From assembly GCA_010093815.1 (NCBI GenBank), contig ML996568.1: 64,000 nucleotides of DNA; one strand, 5' to 3'. Positions 36,788-48,956 of the stretch are shown here, piece after piece; position 1 is the first letter of the stretch; each line of letters begins with the position of its first letter. Made by a program: the position numbers and the translations under genes. The DNA comes from Pseudovirgaria hyperparasitica (lineage: Eukaryota). The notes beneath the pieces were generated by a model. The model did no database searches, was not told where the DNA came from, and was given only the letters and a program-made list of their open reading frames with translations.

Positions 36788-37223
36788 CCAATGCGTCCAT
36801 TAAAGAGTCGCACGAGAAGGATCCGACCCAAAACTGGATTTGTCAGACCAATTATGTATGCTAGAAGACTCTAGCACTGGGGAAAGGCTATAGTAAGCAC
36901 GACTTTACTGGAATAGGTACTGCTGCGGCAAGCCATACATGTAGCTTATACAGATTCCAGTTGACATAATCATCTCTCACTAGTCACAATCTTTGAAACT
37001 CTGGACTTCGATCTTCGATAGACCCTTTTGATTGAAATGACATACTGCTCTGTCAGCTGCTCCGCACTAGGATTTACCGTAATCAAGAAGCAATAAATAA
37101 TACACGCTCTGCTTACTGTATATAAAATGGTAAATCCTCTCGCTATAGTTCCCAGCTTGCTCTGCATTCTTGACCACACCTGAATCGAAGATGACTTCTT
37201 TCTGGACTGCGCCACGGACAAGC

Positions 37224-38569
37224 ATGTCCTCATCAGCATTGCTTTTACCCATTCTCATATCCGTCGCCAAATGTTACAACGCATCATATCAGCCCCGCCC
37301 TTACACAATCAACGTTGATCCGACTTTCATCGAAGATACGCGTGTTAGGGCATCTAACTTTCGGCCGTCGCTTGACATTGATGCGCCAGCATGGTTTGAT
37401 GGTCCACCTGTTGCCAACGTTTCAGAAGTGGCTGAGTATTGGGCGAGCGACTTCAATTTCGATCAATTCCAAAATGAGCTGAACACAAATTTCTCGCACT
37501 TCATTACGACTGTACCTCCACCGGGAGAGATGTATAATCGATCTTTGGATATCCACTTTATTCATGAAGTTTCTGATCGCGAGGATGCCATTCCAATGCT
37601 TCTGCTCCACGGCTGGCCATCGACAAGTCTCGAATGGGCGAAGGTGATTCCTAGCCTCGCCCATCCGCCAAACAGCTCCCTCCCAGCTTTTCACGCTGTT
37701 GCGCCTGATCTCCCAGGTTTTGGTTTCAGTCCTGCTCCGACCACCCCTGGGCTCAATCCAGAAGGGCACGCGATCGTATTTGCGAGTCTCATGGAGCAAC
37801 TAGGCTATGAACGCTACGTCGTCTACTCAACAGACCTGGGATTCGTAGTTGCACAGCACATGGTACCAAAGTACGTTGATCGCATCATCAATCACGTCAC
37901 GGACTTTTATCTCGTTTTTCAGAATGCGACCGACTCGGCAAGATTCGCAAATAATCAGACGACGCCGGAAGAGACTGCCTACATTTCGTCTCAGAATGAT
38001 TTCCTCGCCAATCATGGAGGATACTCTGATGTACATAGTACATTGCCGTTGTCTCTCGCCCACACGCTACTTGACAGTCCTGTTGGATTCCTGGCGTGGA
38101 TGTGGCAACTAGTATACACAGTCAGCGATGTACCGCAAACCGCAGAAGAACTCATACGGCGGGCACTAGCATTATACATTCCAGGCCCATATGGAAACAT
38201 TCGGTCTTATAAAGAGCTGTTTGGTGTAAGTCACACCAATCCCTTTTGACGACTATGCACTAAATAGCACTTCGCAGATAAACCTGTTTACGGGCGTTAA
38301 AACGAAAGTGCCTGTTTCCGCAGTGCAGTGGGGTTATCCCAGCCCTGCGTACCCAGCTTTGAAGGATTTCAACTATGCTGTAAGATCTTGGCCTCCTCGT
38401 TGATGTTCAACCATGATGACTGACAATGACGTAGCCTCGAGACTGGGTTGAACGAACTGCCAACCTAACCTACTTCAAGAGACTACCGGTTGGTGGCCAT
38501 TTTCCAGCAGAGAGCCGTCCACAATTGTGGATTGAGACCATCTGGGAGATATTTGCGGCTGCCGTCTAG
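37224..38569 (+). CDS. Epoxide hydrolase (microsomal-type N-terminal domain plus alpha/beta hydrolase) with predicted signal peptide, 3 exons
   Basis: IHFIH, LLLHGWP, APDLPGFGFS, nucleophile elbow STDLG, DSPVGFLAW and GGHF. Two short introns near 38227 and 38380. Confidence 0.88.
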
Positions 38570-39373
38570 GGAAAAAGAAAGCCCAGTGTGCTCCTGGGAC
38601 AGTTGAGGCTGTTTAGCAGATATCAAAATATGCGAAAGTGACTGGTTGAAACTTCGTAGCGTAACAATAGCAATAAATGGACCTCAACATACATATCTAT
38701 GTCTATGACCATTGTAGAGAGAGAACATCGCGGCTTGTTGCTGTCGCAGAAGTGTTTACGAGCCGACATGGAGGTTGATATTTGGAATCAGTGCCAGCTA
38801 ACCGAAAACGGATAAGCCAGCCATGCCGCAACAACAATGACGGTGCGGTTGATGCCGAGGTCGGCTATCCGAGTCGGAGTTACGACTGGACCATTATCTC
38901 CACACTCCAATCTTTCCTATGTTCATCTTCAATTTCCGCATTGGCAGTCACGTGGGTTGCGGCGTTGCGACCCACAAAGTTTCTCAGTCTCAGTTTTGTT
39001 CTCACCAATTGCAATAAGACACGCTGTTTACCCTGAGATCTCCGGCCGTTTCACGACAGCTTGCTAAGCTATAACTGATAATTCTACTGGGTGTGATCTT
39101 ATGTGCCGCAAGGCAGTGCCGATTGTCCCAGCTATACTTCTCATTGCCGAATGCTCGAATACAATTCCGATCCAGGTACTTGTCTTCCTTAAATGAAAGA
39201 CGTAGAATGCTTCCTTAATCAGGCGTATTTCGCTGACGTGCTATAAAGTAGCACTGAGACAACAATCTAACCAGTCGTTCAGCAATTGGACATCTGCTAT
39301 CATCGTTCATTGTAGATTGTGCGAAGCTTGTTTGGTGTCGTGAAGCCACATCAAACACACGACAAGTGCAACA

Positions 39374-42229
39374 ATGGCGTTGGTGGAACCATTGAACAAT
39401 ACCGCTTATCGAGAGCCGACATCTAAGACATCCTCCTTGCTTGACTCACATTTCCCGGTATCCGATCAACACCATGGTGGGGAAGAAGAAAAGACGTTAG
39501 AGAGTAACAGCACACCGCAGAGAATCTCACCAAGACTCGAGTCTATTAGAGCGCCTGGAGATGTGAAGAAACCGACACTTTCAAGAAATCAATCCAACAC
39601 GACCAACAGCTTGCGCCCAGTTCGTTCACAGCGTTCATATGCTGGCCAAGACGGATACACTTGTTTCAGCGACGAGGATGGTGCCGAAGGCTCTGATGGT
39701 ATCAATGAACCAAGCGATCCTGAGAAGGCGTTTGAAGTCAAGTGGGATGGCGAAAAGGATCCAATGAATCCGAGGAATAAGGGCAAATTGCAGAAATGGC
39801 TCATAGTCCTGATCATTGCAGCAAGCTCACTCTGTGTGTATGTATTGATCCAGTCAAACCTTGCGTTGATCGCGCAGTACCACCATATACCAATGCTTGA
39901 CGCAACGAATCATCATGGGCGATCCCTCGGACTGACTTGGACAGGACTTGCGTCTCGTCCGGCTATACAAGCATCTATGAGCAGGTTATACCACTCTGGA
40001 GCTCGTCACGCGAGGTTGCCACACTTGGCTTGTCTCTCTATGTTGTAGGCTTGGGTCTTGGACCCATGTTTCTAGCCCCCCTGTCTGAGGCAAGTCAAAC
40101 CTTTGACGATCAGAACCACAGGGTTCGTTCTATGGAGATGAACACTGACGTCTTTACCCGCAACAGTTCTACGGCCGCAGACCAATATATATTGCGTCGC
40201 TTATATTCTTCGTCATCTGGCTAATTCCATGTGCCGTTGCCAATGGGATGGCTACGATGCTCGTTTCGAGATTCTTGGATGGCGTCGCAGGCTCTGCATT
40301 CTTGAGTGTTGCAGGTAAGCATGCAGAAGCGAAGGAAACTTGCATTTAAACTGACCGTATGATGTTCCAGGGGGTACCGTGGGCGACATGTTCTCGAAGT
40401 CTGAATTGTCAATGCCCATGATGGTCTACACAGCCTCTCCATTCATTGGGTACGTCACATAACCCTTCCCACGAATCATATGCCAGCCCATGATGTATCC
40501 TAATCAAAGGATCGAATGTACTTGGGTATGGCGGGGGCTCCAGTATCTGGTGCTACATAGATTGTTGATTCATCCGGGCAACCGGATCGCTCCCAGATAC
40601 CGAGCATGGGCGCAGATGGACTAAATCACACCTTTCAGCAGATCATGGGCTAACTCATTGTTTGCAGGCCTGAGCTTGGACCCATCATTGGCGGTTTCAT
40701 AAACCAATACACGAACTGGCGGTGGACCTTCTACACACTGCTGATTTGGGCAGGCGTGCAGCTAGGTCTTATCGTCTTCTTTGTTCCAGAGACGTATCAT
40801 CCCGTGCTGCTTCGTGCCAAAGCTCAGAAGATGCGAGCGGACACTGGCAATGACAAATGGATGGCGCCCATCGAGCATATGGATCGAACTATTGCCCAGA
40901 CGATTCTCTGGTCATGCATTCGCCCGTTCCAGCTACTCTTCCTTGAGCCAATGGTAAGTACCAGGTCAGCAATAACAGACAGACGATCGTTAACAACGCA
41001 TTACGTAGTGTCTCTGTCTTTGCATACTCTCCGCACTTCTGCTGGGCATCCTGTATCTGTTTTTCGGGGCGTACCCGCTTGTATTCGGGGTCAATCATGG
41101 TTTCACGCTGTCTCAGACCGGCCTTGCTTTCATAGGTATCCTAATAGGTATGATCGCTGGAATATCGACAGACCCTCTGTGGCGGCAGTACCGCGAGTAT
41201 CTGGTGCGGCAACGGGAGCAGCAGGGAGGGGAGCCAGGCGGATCAGAACCAGAGTATCGGTTGCCTCCTACGATTCTGGGAGCAATTCTCATACCAGTGT
41301 CGCTTTTCGGTAGGACGCCACCCACTGATTTATTGGAATTCCTCCAATTGCAAGACGGTTTGACTGACAGTTGCTACAGGGTTTGGTTGGACTACATATT
41401 CCTTCGTACGTACTGGCCGCTAGTGTTCCATGTACCCTTGCTGTTCTGAATATTTGCTGACACTACTTTTGTGGGGGTACATAGGTGCATTGGATAGGTA
41501 CGTGCACACTTTTGGAATCCAGCAAACACAGTGAGTGCGAGAGACTGATGACGATGGTGTGCAGTTCCCATAATATTCTCAGCCATTTTCGGTGTCGGGT
41601 AAGTTAGACGCATAATGCTGCAGTCGCACACAGCTACCATGTATGGTCGTGTTAGAGCTGACAGTGTCCTGCAGAATCATATTCGTATACTCAGGCGTTT
41701 TCACATTCCTCGTCGACTGCGTAAGATACCCCTCACATGTCCATTCAACTCTGATGGAGGATCGCACCGGACTGACGCATGACATAATGTTGTAGTACCC
41801 ATTGTATGCTGCGTCGGCATTAGCAGCCAACAGCTTTGCTCGATCAAGCTTCGCGGCGGCCTTCCCATTGTTTGGGGTGCAAATGTACAGTAGTAAGTCT
41901 GACACCAGCTTGAGACATGCATGGCCCATTGGACACTGGATGTACATCGGTCATGGGCGATCCAAGCGAGTGGACAGTTGTATGACTTGTGGACTAATTA
42001 TGCCACCAGATCTCGGCTACCAGTGGGCAACGTCACTGCTAGCATTTCTGGCACTGGCCATGACACCGTAAGTGGGACACTCCCAGACTTGGGTAGAGCG
42101 AATACGACCCGACACAGTGGTTGCTGGGATCAGGATGGCAATGATTAACGGTTAGTGTGCAGGTTCCCATACCTCTTTTATCGATTCGGCAAGCGCCTCA
42201 GGGGCAAGAGCAAATTTGCCCAGGCTTGA
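39374..42229 (+). CDS. MFS transporter, DHA1 (drug/polyamine:H+ antiporter)-type, 13 exons, ~587 aa
   Basis: WDGEKDPMNPRN, APLSE|FYGRRP, GGTVGDMF, GPELGPIIGGF, WRW, PETY, PEYRL, HWI and YAASALAAN motifs. Exons sum to 1764 nt in frame. Confidence 0.92.
40485..40651 (+). other. Structured RNA element inside MFS intron 4 (40450-40667)
   Basis: Nested complementarity: agcccatgat/atcatgggct, gctc/gagc, gtatctgg/ccagatac, and atccgg-GCAA-ccggat. Confidence 0.55.
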
Positions 42230-43840
42230 GCTTAAGGGTGTGTAAGAGGGTGTAAGGGTGTTAGGGTTTGAAGGCGTGATGTGAGTATGAGTGCGTGTCC
42301 GAGTGTGAAAGTGCTCGTGTGTCCAACAAGAGACAGCATGTCCTTCAGGGATGTGAACGGGGGGAGACAGTCCAGCCCCACTATATATAAGGAGGGTGGC
42401 ACGACATAGGATTGAATCTGGTGGATGACAGAAAGGATGGCGACTCGAGGTCCTGGTACTGTTTGTAAAGTAGCATGATATATCAAATATGGGTCCAGCG
42501 CATAGGCCTAGAACAGTGTAAGTGCTTAAGCATTTGTAGAGGCATTAGGGAGGCTGACAGTCCACAACAGACAGCATAGCTGAGGTGGCTGCGTGGAGTC
42601 GGGAGCTGCAACATAGCTACATCATGTTGCTTAATCAATGACTGCATGAATTCGATCGGTCTGACGCATCATCAGAAGCACATGGCACGTGACAGACACG
42701 CATCGCTGGCATCGTTGAGACGGCTGCGCCTTGATTGTACAACCCACGAGGCGCCATTCGCGGCCAGCATTCACGGTCCAAGGGTAGGACACGAGTGGGA
42801 TACAACATGCTGCTAGCGGCGACGCCGAATATTGGGTTGAACCGCAACGTGGCTACCTCGAGCGTCGAGGCGTAGGTGATGAGACGTCAGGCGGAGTACG
42901 AGGGTGGAGGCGACGAGACAAGATGAGATGGCGATGCGATGCGATGAGATGAGATGAGATTGAATGAGATACTCTGAGCAAGGGGCTCACCTCACACTCA
43001 GATGGTGGGAAAGGCTTGGCTCATCTCGGTAGCAGGGCTGGAGATATGTGAGAGGCACTAGGTTGGAGGTGCAGCAGTAAAAGGCAACCAAGTTGATCAC
43101 GAGCAAGTGCAAAGTGCAGAAGATTGGGGCGTTGTCCACGTATATGTTGTTGAGATGCTGGGAGCTGCAACAAGGGAGCTGCGAGCGTAAGCATGAGCCT
43201 GAGCGCCTTGATGCCTGATAGCCTGGGGCATCCTTAGATTCCATTAGGAGTCAGCATTCTAACCACAAAGGGCAACAAGCTAGGACCAGGTCAGCTGCAC
43301 GGTGGCGATGTGGCATGTTCATGTGTTTATGCACTGATTGTGCATTATTTGTGCGTGGGCTTGAGCTTGTGCAGGGAGATGCTTGTGTTTTGTGCAGGTT
43401 GCAGGTGCTTGTGCACCTAGGGCTGCGCTGTCGCAATGGATCACTAGACACTGCTACCTATCATCCCTTGTATATACATCAGCCATCTAGGTCAGCTTTG
43501 AATTCAGTTGTAAAGTCCACTGCTCAGCCAGGCTTCCTCTCCTGCTCCTGTTTTTCCTCATAATTCATTGGAATTGGAAAGATGCATTAGAATCCGCGTT
43601 ATAGGTAAGTAACACCTACTGTACGCTGAGGCAGATGCACAGATCTTGGCAGCCGACAGAGCGACCTCGGCCTTGTCGGCTCAACTCCTCACGCAGATGG
43701 ACAGAGCAAGACGCGTGCTTTGGGAGGCAGACTGTCTATTACGCCGCCCAGTCTCATACCTACCCACGTCGCGGGCATGCGCAAAAGCCGATCGGTATCA
43801 GATTCAGATGTTGCGGGGCGCCGATCGGCCGAGACAAATG

Positions 43841-44914
43841 CTGACAACAGCACTGCAAACCTTCACTCCACTCTATACACACTCCACTCTCCACTCCATA
43901 CATACTCCACATCCCACAGTCCACAGTCCACAATCCACCAGGGCCATCTTCTCAAAGCGCCTTTTAAGCTCCAAGCACGACGCGAGCACGCCCTCGCTGT
44001 CTTCTCGGCCAATTCCTTCTTTCCATAGCCACTATCGCATCCAAAGGCCCTGCACCTCTTGCAGTTCCTTTCCTCCAGTTTTCCCGCGAATCCCCACGTC
44101 TTCCTACTTCGACTGCCTGCTGTACCTTGCGAGCCCTGATCCTAGCTCCAAGACAACAACCCTCCAGCCTGGTCGCTGAGTGATATCAACAGTGACTCTG
44201 AAAGACTCTGAGACTTAGGCAAGCCGTCAGCTCCAGGACAAGCTTCGCATAATTAGCATCTTGAACCCTTGACCAAATCTCAGCCGCCCAAGACTCCTAC
44301 AGCTTCAATTGCGCACGCGCTACCGATATAGACGCTTAAACCTCGCTTCCATTCGTGCTACAAGGGCCATCCGTATTCGCGATATAACACAATCAACGAC
44401 GCCAGAGGCATGGGTGGATCTGCCTCTTGCGCACCATGATCATATCCACATCTGCTTCTCGAAAGCCATCATCTCTGCACTCACCCCGGTCCCGTGTCAC
44501 CCCAGCATTGTCCCAATCCCACGTCTCGCTCGCTGTACCACTCCATCAGCTCGCCACCATTCTGCTCTCTTCAATAGTCTCGACCTACCAATCTAAGACT
44601 TTGCTTCCAAGCCTGTCGAGTCCTGTCGCACACACTTCCCCCGCGCCCAGCTGAGCACCGTCCACACTACCAGTACCACCCTGGCTCGAGTCTGTCTCTC
44701 TTCTGCACACGCATATTGCTCGCTCGAAACACTCTCTTGGGAACACCGACCTCCCTTGGATCCACGTCTATTGGCTGAACCATTCACTTGGGGCTATCTT
44801 TCGAGGCGACATCGGGAGCGGATAGCCGCAGCATAAACGTGGGGCTACGGCAGCGGTACGCTTGGATTCTCATACGGACGCTCCCAACGTCGTACACAGC
44901 TTCTCATATTACAA
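43841..44914 (+). promoter_or_regulatory. Putative long 5' leader of acuK with two overlapping uORFs (44410-44439, 44436-44654)
   Basis: Only two plus-strand ATGs in 1074 nt of pyrimidine-rich sequence directly upstream of the acuK ATG. Confidence 0.5.
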
Positions 44915-47253
44915 ATGTCCACCCCAGACGCGCAAGATGCGTCTCCCTCCCCGGAACATAGCGGCGATGAGGACGGTGACGATATGGCTGAAGACAAACA
45001 GCTCAAATCTGAACCCGAGGACGAGTCGTCGCAGTCACAACCTGTGAACGGCTCGAAAACAAACCTCAAAGACCCCAACCGCCAGAAACGGAAGAAGGCA
45101 AGAAGAGCATGCTTAGCCTGCCAACGAGCTCATTTGACTTGCAGTATGTATTCCATTCTCTCTACTATCCCTGGGTATGCGTTATAGCGAAGGAATGCTC
45201 GTCCAAAGTTGTTAACTCTTATCAGGTGATGAGCGACCATGTGGTAGGTGCATACGTCGCGGCCTGCAAGATCAATGTCAAGATGGCGTACGCAAAAAGG
45301 CCAAATATCTTCATGATGCGCCGAACGAAGCATTACTACCGCCGCACTTGAGTAATTATCCACCTCATATGAACAGTCAGAGTAGCCCAAACAACCCATC
45401 AGGAACTTCTTTGACAGATCAAGGCCTTCCCATGGGACCACAACCGACGTATTTCTCCCCAACACAACCCCCAAACAACTATGGCATGTTTCCACAGAAT
45501 GGCCCTCCCATGCATAGCAACATGCCTCCACCAGGTCCTGATATGGGACCTTACAGTGGACAGTCTACCCCGATTTCACCACCTCACTATACACAGCAGT
45601 CTGGCCAAAGAACCCCACCAGTCCAGAGTATGGGGCAACCAATGCAACAAGTCCCACAACAGAGTCCACCGCAAATGCAGAATTTTGGACCGAGCATGTT
45701 CGATACTAACGATCCGTCGCTATTCAATTTTGATCTCGCTGGTATGAACTTTGGGAACCATTATGGAGCTTTGGAATTCGGCATGCTCGGCCACATGTCC
45801 TCTGGTGCTGGAGAGACTCCACCGCATGAGAACAATATCATCAGTCCGTTGAATCAGGCCATGTATCATGCTAACAACCCCCAAAGCTATGCAGACAGCC
45901 CCGTGAACGTTGGAGGCTTCGACAATGTTGACTGGCAGATCGCTCATTCGAGGCAAGGTAGTCAAGTCAACATGCAGACGCCTCAGTCGGCAATTCCGAA
46001 CAACATGGATTCCGTAGTACGCCCTGATACATATCACAACGCCTACTCCGTTGGCCACAATGCTGGCAGTCTTTCGAGTGCAAGTCCGGGTTCTTCGGGT
46101 CAAGATGGAACACCGACGACGTACGAAGGAGCACCAGCTTCACCAGCGTTCTTCGTAAACACCAACCAACAGCAAGCGCAGCATCAGCCTATCTACCAGA
46201 ATCGACCTATAGTGCAGTCACAACAGTCGCAGCAACATCAGCGCCAGCCTGGCAGCTTACTTCGAAATATGAACCCCAACTTTGGCCCGAAGAGGGTGCA
46301 TCGAGACACGAATGTCATTTATCGCGATCTTAACAAGCCTTATCCGTACACGCAAGCTTTCCATCGTTTTCAGGAGCTACTGCATACTCGATTCCCCGTC
46401 GACAAACGCATGCGAGTAGCTAAGTCCATGGCCTCAATTCGACCATCATTCATAGCGTGCACCAAAGACCTCGATGAGCAAGATCTGATCGCTCAAGAGC
46501 GCACATTTCAACGCAAGCTTTGGGGTTACGAGGATTGGCTCGCATATATTGGGACTCCTTCACTTGTTATCCGCCGCTCGGGCGAGGTTGCAGCCGTCGG
46601 TAAAGAGTTTTCACTTCTGACAGGATGGAGTCGTAATGTACTTCTAGGCCTTGAGCCGAATTTGAACTCCAACTGGGACTCGATTTCAACGCAGACGAGC
46701 TCAAGAGGTAGTATAGCTGGAGCCACGACACCGGCTGAAGACCTTCCCCCACGTACTTCCACAGGTAACCCTGTGATGATTGCCGAACTTCTCGATCATG
46801 ACAGTGTCGTGCGCTTCTACGAGGACTTTGCGCGCCTGGCTTTCGGTGATGCACGTGGGACAGCTGCACGCCGTGTGAAGCTTATGTCATACGTTGCGCG
46901 GAACGAAGATGATGGTTTGATGAGCAGCGTTTCGAATGGCGTGAACCAGGCAAAGAAAGACGATCTCGGTGGCAGAGTTGTGGATGAAAAAATGAGACCT
47001 GCGAGACGGGCCGGTGGAAAGGATCGAATCGACTGTCAGATGTGTTGGTGTGTTTGGCATGATCAGTTCGACATGCCAGCGATGATCATACTGAATGTGA
47101 GTCCTTGTTTTGCCTCTACCATGCATTCAATGTATTCAGGATGCTAATATGGCCTCCTTCCAGTTCCTTCCCATCATACAACAACACTCACCGCAGGAAT
47201 CATTCAAACAACCAGTCCAGCTGGGGGCTCAGAGGCAACACATCGTCGCCTAG
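44915..47253 (+). CDS. acuK: Zn(II)2Cys6/PAS transcription activator of gluconeogenesis (AcuK/Ert1), 3 exons
   Basis: [73 protein letters not shown]-like [13 protein letters not shown] and C-terminal ILN|FLP. Confidence 0.92.
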
Positions 47254-47756
47254 AGCTTTGTTCGGACACGCTACATTGATCGGTCGACAAGCTGATAGTA
47301 TTTACGCCATTCATCATTCGGTCAGAGCCATGTAGGATGCAGAGGGGACAATAGTTTTGACATCTTGTCAGGCTTCATCAAGGGTGGCGTACATTGAGCG
47401 TTTTTGGGGCACATACCTCGACAGGATTGCTATGGTCGCATGTTCCGGTGTTAGAGAAAATGCATTTACCCGCAAGGGCTCTCAGGTTGCAAGCAATGAC
47501 ATGGAACTGTAATTAGAACCCGTGTTACCTGCCTGCAGCAATTATCGTCAATCCAGAGCCTTGAAAACAAGGCGAACGGGAGCCTTTCCTTTCATGGTAC
47601 CTTATCGCACCGCACGGACCTAATTGGTTTGGACCCTGAATGGCATCAATAAACACTGCTCACGTCATCCATTCACTCCACCACCTAAGTAGAACCCCGC
47701 CGTGTCATCCCACTTCCTTCAATTCTCTCCTTTCGCCCGCAACCCCGTCCCACAAC

Positions 47757-48576
47757 ATGCCTCCACCCGCGAATCGCCCACGCGATGAGATTGTCGGTTC
47801 AGACAGTGGGCCCGAAGCTCCATTTCCTATCAAACTCAGCGGTCCCGTCATCAAAGGCTTCGGGCGCGGAAGCAGAGAGGTGTGCTCTCTCTCTCTCTTT
47901 TTCTCTCCCTTTCTCCTTCTGCCTCTTCGATCAGTCAAATGCAGCCCTGACACTGACACGCCAGTAGCTCGGCATCCCAACGGCCAACATCCCTATCGCC
48001 GGGCTCTCTGTCGGCGGCCACAGCACACTCGCGTCCGGCGTCTACTTTGGCTGGGTCGGGCTCGACACCAGCCGGAGCCATGCCGTCGCAGGCAACGCAG
48101 CAGCAGCAGCAGAAGATGCACACACGACCGGCACACCACCCACCAACGCCGCAACACCAGCAACAAACCCCATAATCGCCAGCGCACACCAGCAACATGT
48201 CGAGCACTCCTCTGACAACAACGACGACACCAACAACGACAAGAGCAGCAGAAGCGGCCCGGAAGACACATACCCAGCCGTGTTATCCATTGGCTACAAC
48301 CCGTTCTACAAAAATACCGTGCGCAGCGTCGAGGTGCACATCATGCATGCCTTCACGACCGACTTCTACCATGCGTGGCTGAATCTGTCGATTCTGGGGT
48401 TTATCAGGCCTGAGTATGACTATGATGGGGTGGACAGGCTGATTGAGGATATTCGGACGGATATAGAGGTTGCGGGCAGGAGTTTGGCGCGGGATGGATG
48501 GAGGCGGTGGAGGGAGGATGCGTGGCTGCTTGAGTTTCCCGCGGAGGAGGAGGGCAAGAAAAGGGGGCATTTGTGA
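47757..48576 (+). CDS. FMN1: Riboflavin kinase (2 exons)
   Basis: [43 protein letters not shown] and [10 protein letters not shown] motifs. Confidence 0.95.
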
Positions 48577-48956
48577 ACTAAGGGCGCCGGTGGATAGAGA
48601 CGCCAATTGTGGTGATAACGACAAAAAAAGAGATGTATAACGATAGACTACATGTACGAAACGAATTTCTATCAGTGCGTGCATCAGGCAGCGCTGTGCT
48701 CTGAAGATAGGGCGGGAATAATTCGATGTCCTCCCGGTAGCGTATCATACGTCTCAAGGGAAGCACAGATAGCAGACGAGGTGAGCGCGCGAGTCAAACA
48801 GCCTCTTATCTCATCCTTTAACACCACTGACTACAGAGACGTAACAATGCCTTAGACAATCTTATTGAAACGTCGTCTCCACTATTCAGAATGCCCAGCG
48901 ACTTCTCCTTCACCACATACTACTCTCCGATTCTCGAAGAACAAGAACGTGCATCC

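Noticed and set aside
40488..40518. Hammerhead-like or box C-like ATGATGT-stem-CGAA in MFS intron 4
   Set aside because: The core deviates from CUGANGA/GAAA at invariant positions, and there is no CTGA box D at the 3' end.
42232..42272. TTAGGG-like repeats after the MFS stop codon
   Set aside because: Only one exact TTAGGG; a degenerate 3' UTR repeat, not a telomere.
43646..44179. 177-aa ORF upstream of acuK
   Set aside because: Low-complexity and pyrimidine-rich; better explained as promoter/leader sequence.
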